Origin: a phage
Length of the DNA: 372 nucleotides
Strand: one strand, 5' to 3'
Sequence record: OP360898.1
Shown here: one piece after another, positions 1 through 372 of the stretch
How the letters are laid out: each line of letters begins with the position of its first letter
How positions within the stretch are numbered: the stretch's first letter is position 1
Position numbers and translations under genes: made by a program
Notes under the pieces: generated by a model
What the model saw: the letters and a program-made list of their open reading frames with translations, nothing else
Databases searched by the model: none
What the model was told of the DNA's origin: nothing

Positions 1-372
1 TCTGACGGCTGACGTTCTGATTTACGATATTGAGGACGCGATGAACCACTATGACGTTCGCTCTGAGTACACCTCTCAGTTGGGTGAATCTCTGGCGATG
101 GCTGCTGATGGTGCGGTTCTGGCTGAGATTGCTGGCCTGTGCAACTTGGCGAGCACCGCTGACGAGAACATCGCAGGTCTAGGCTCTGCCACTGTGATTG
201 AGACCGCTCAGACCAAGGTTGAAATTACCGACCAAGTCGCTCTGGGTAAGGAGATTATTGCGGCTCTGACCAAGGCTCGTGCGGCTCTGACCAAGAACTA
301 TGTTCCGGCTGCTGACCGTGTGTTCTACTGCGACCCAGATAGCTACTCTGCGATTCTGGCTGCGCTGATGCC
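1..372 (+). CDS. 10A: Major capsid protein of a T7-like podophage (Autographiviridae), internal fragment, partial at both ends; codon phase: first complete codon at nt 2-4, last complete codon at nt 368-370
   Basis: Seen in sequence: the frame starting at nt 2 is open across the window (123 codons), while the other two plus-strand frames stop immediately (tga at 3-5 and at 10-12). Codon usage is strongly biased toward ctg, gct, ggt, cgt, acc, aac, tac, as in highly expressed enterobacterial and T7 late genes. Established knowledge (recall, not a database search): the translation matches the central region of T7 gp10A, e.g. LTADVLIYDIEDAMNHYDVRSEYTSQLGESLAMAADGAVLAEIAGLCN and TDQVALGKEIIAALTKARAALTKNYVPAADRVFYCDPDSYSAILAALMP. 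The trailing cc is consistent with the next residue being Pro, as in T7. Confidence 0.9.
259..295 (+). repeat. Exact 16-nt direct repeat tgcggctctgaccaag (259-274 and 280-295) at a 21-nt (7-codon) period, inside the CDS
   Basis: Seen in sequence: the 16-mer is identical at 259-274 and 280-295, including all synonymous third positions. The flanking bases differ (258 t vs 279 g; 275 g vs 296 a). In frame it encodes AALTK twice, within AALTKAR / AALTKNY. Confidence 0.85.

Noticed and set aside
32-43. Shine-Dalgarno-like gagga (32-36) four nt upstream of an in-frame atg (41-43)
   Set aside because: The atg encodes an internal Met in a conserved stretch (DIEDAMNHYD) and gagga simply encodes Glu-Asp. 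The spacing is short, and there is no evidence for an internal start.
63-79. Short inverted repeat ctgag (63-67) / ctcag (75-79) with a 7-nt loop
   Set aside because: A 5-bp stem is too short and common to call a structural element. It lies inside the coding sequence and has no following T-tract.
1-372. Long antisense open frame on the minus strand, interrupted only by one stop (plus-strand cta at 179-181 reads as tag on the minus strand)
   Set aside because: This is the usual mirror effect of a codon-biased sense gene. It has no start or ribosome-binding context, and the plus-strand frame is already explained by a conserved capsid protein.
1-372. Absence of GATC and CCWGG sites, which could hint at avoidance of host methylation or restriction sites
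   Set aside because: Only about one or two such sites are expected by chance in 372 nt, so zero is not informative. It needs the whole genome.
1-372. Gene 10A/10B programmed -1 frameshift site
   Set aside because: In T7 it lies near the 3' end of gene 10, downstream of this window. No slippery heptamer in a suitable context is present here.
1-372. A novel defence, anti-defence or other undescribed system
   Set aside because: The window is fully occupied by one well-known structural gene fragment, with no extra open frame, intergenic region or non-coding structure to carry such a system.

Overview
The whole 372-nt window is an internal fragment of a single plus-strand protein-coding gene; neither end of the gene is in the window. 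The only open frame starts its first full codon at nt 2 and runs 123 sense codons to nt 370. Its translation (LTADVLIYDIEDAMNHYDVRSEYTSQLGESLAMAADGAVLAEIAGLCNLASTADENIAGLGSATVIETAQTKVEITDQVALGKEIIAALTKARAALTKNYVPAADRVFYCDPDSYSAILAALM) matches, from memory and not by search, the central part of the T7-family major capsid protein (T7 gp10A, roughly residues 100-222). It appears to be a close relative of T7 rather than T7 itself, because a patch at about nt 146-226 differs from the T7 sequence as I recall it. There is no intergenic DNA, RNA gene, mobile element, CRISPR array, promoter or terminator that I can support. I do not see evidence for a novel biological system here. The findings are modest: the divergent patch, a 16-nt exact direct repeat at a 21-nt period, and a recurring 7-mer.
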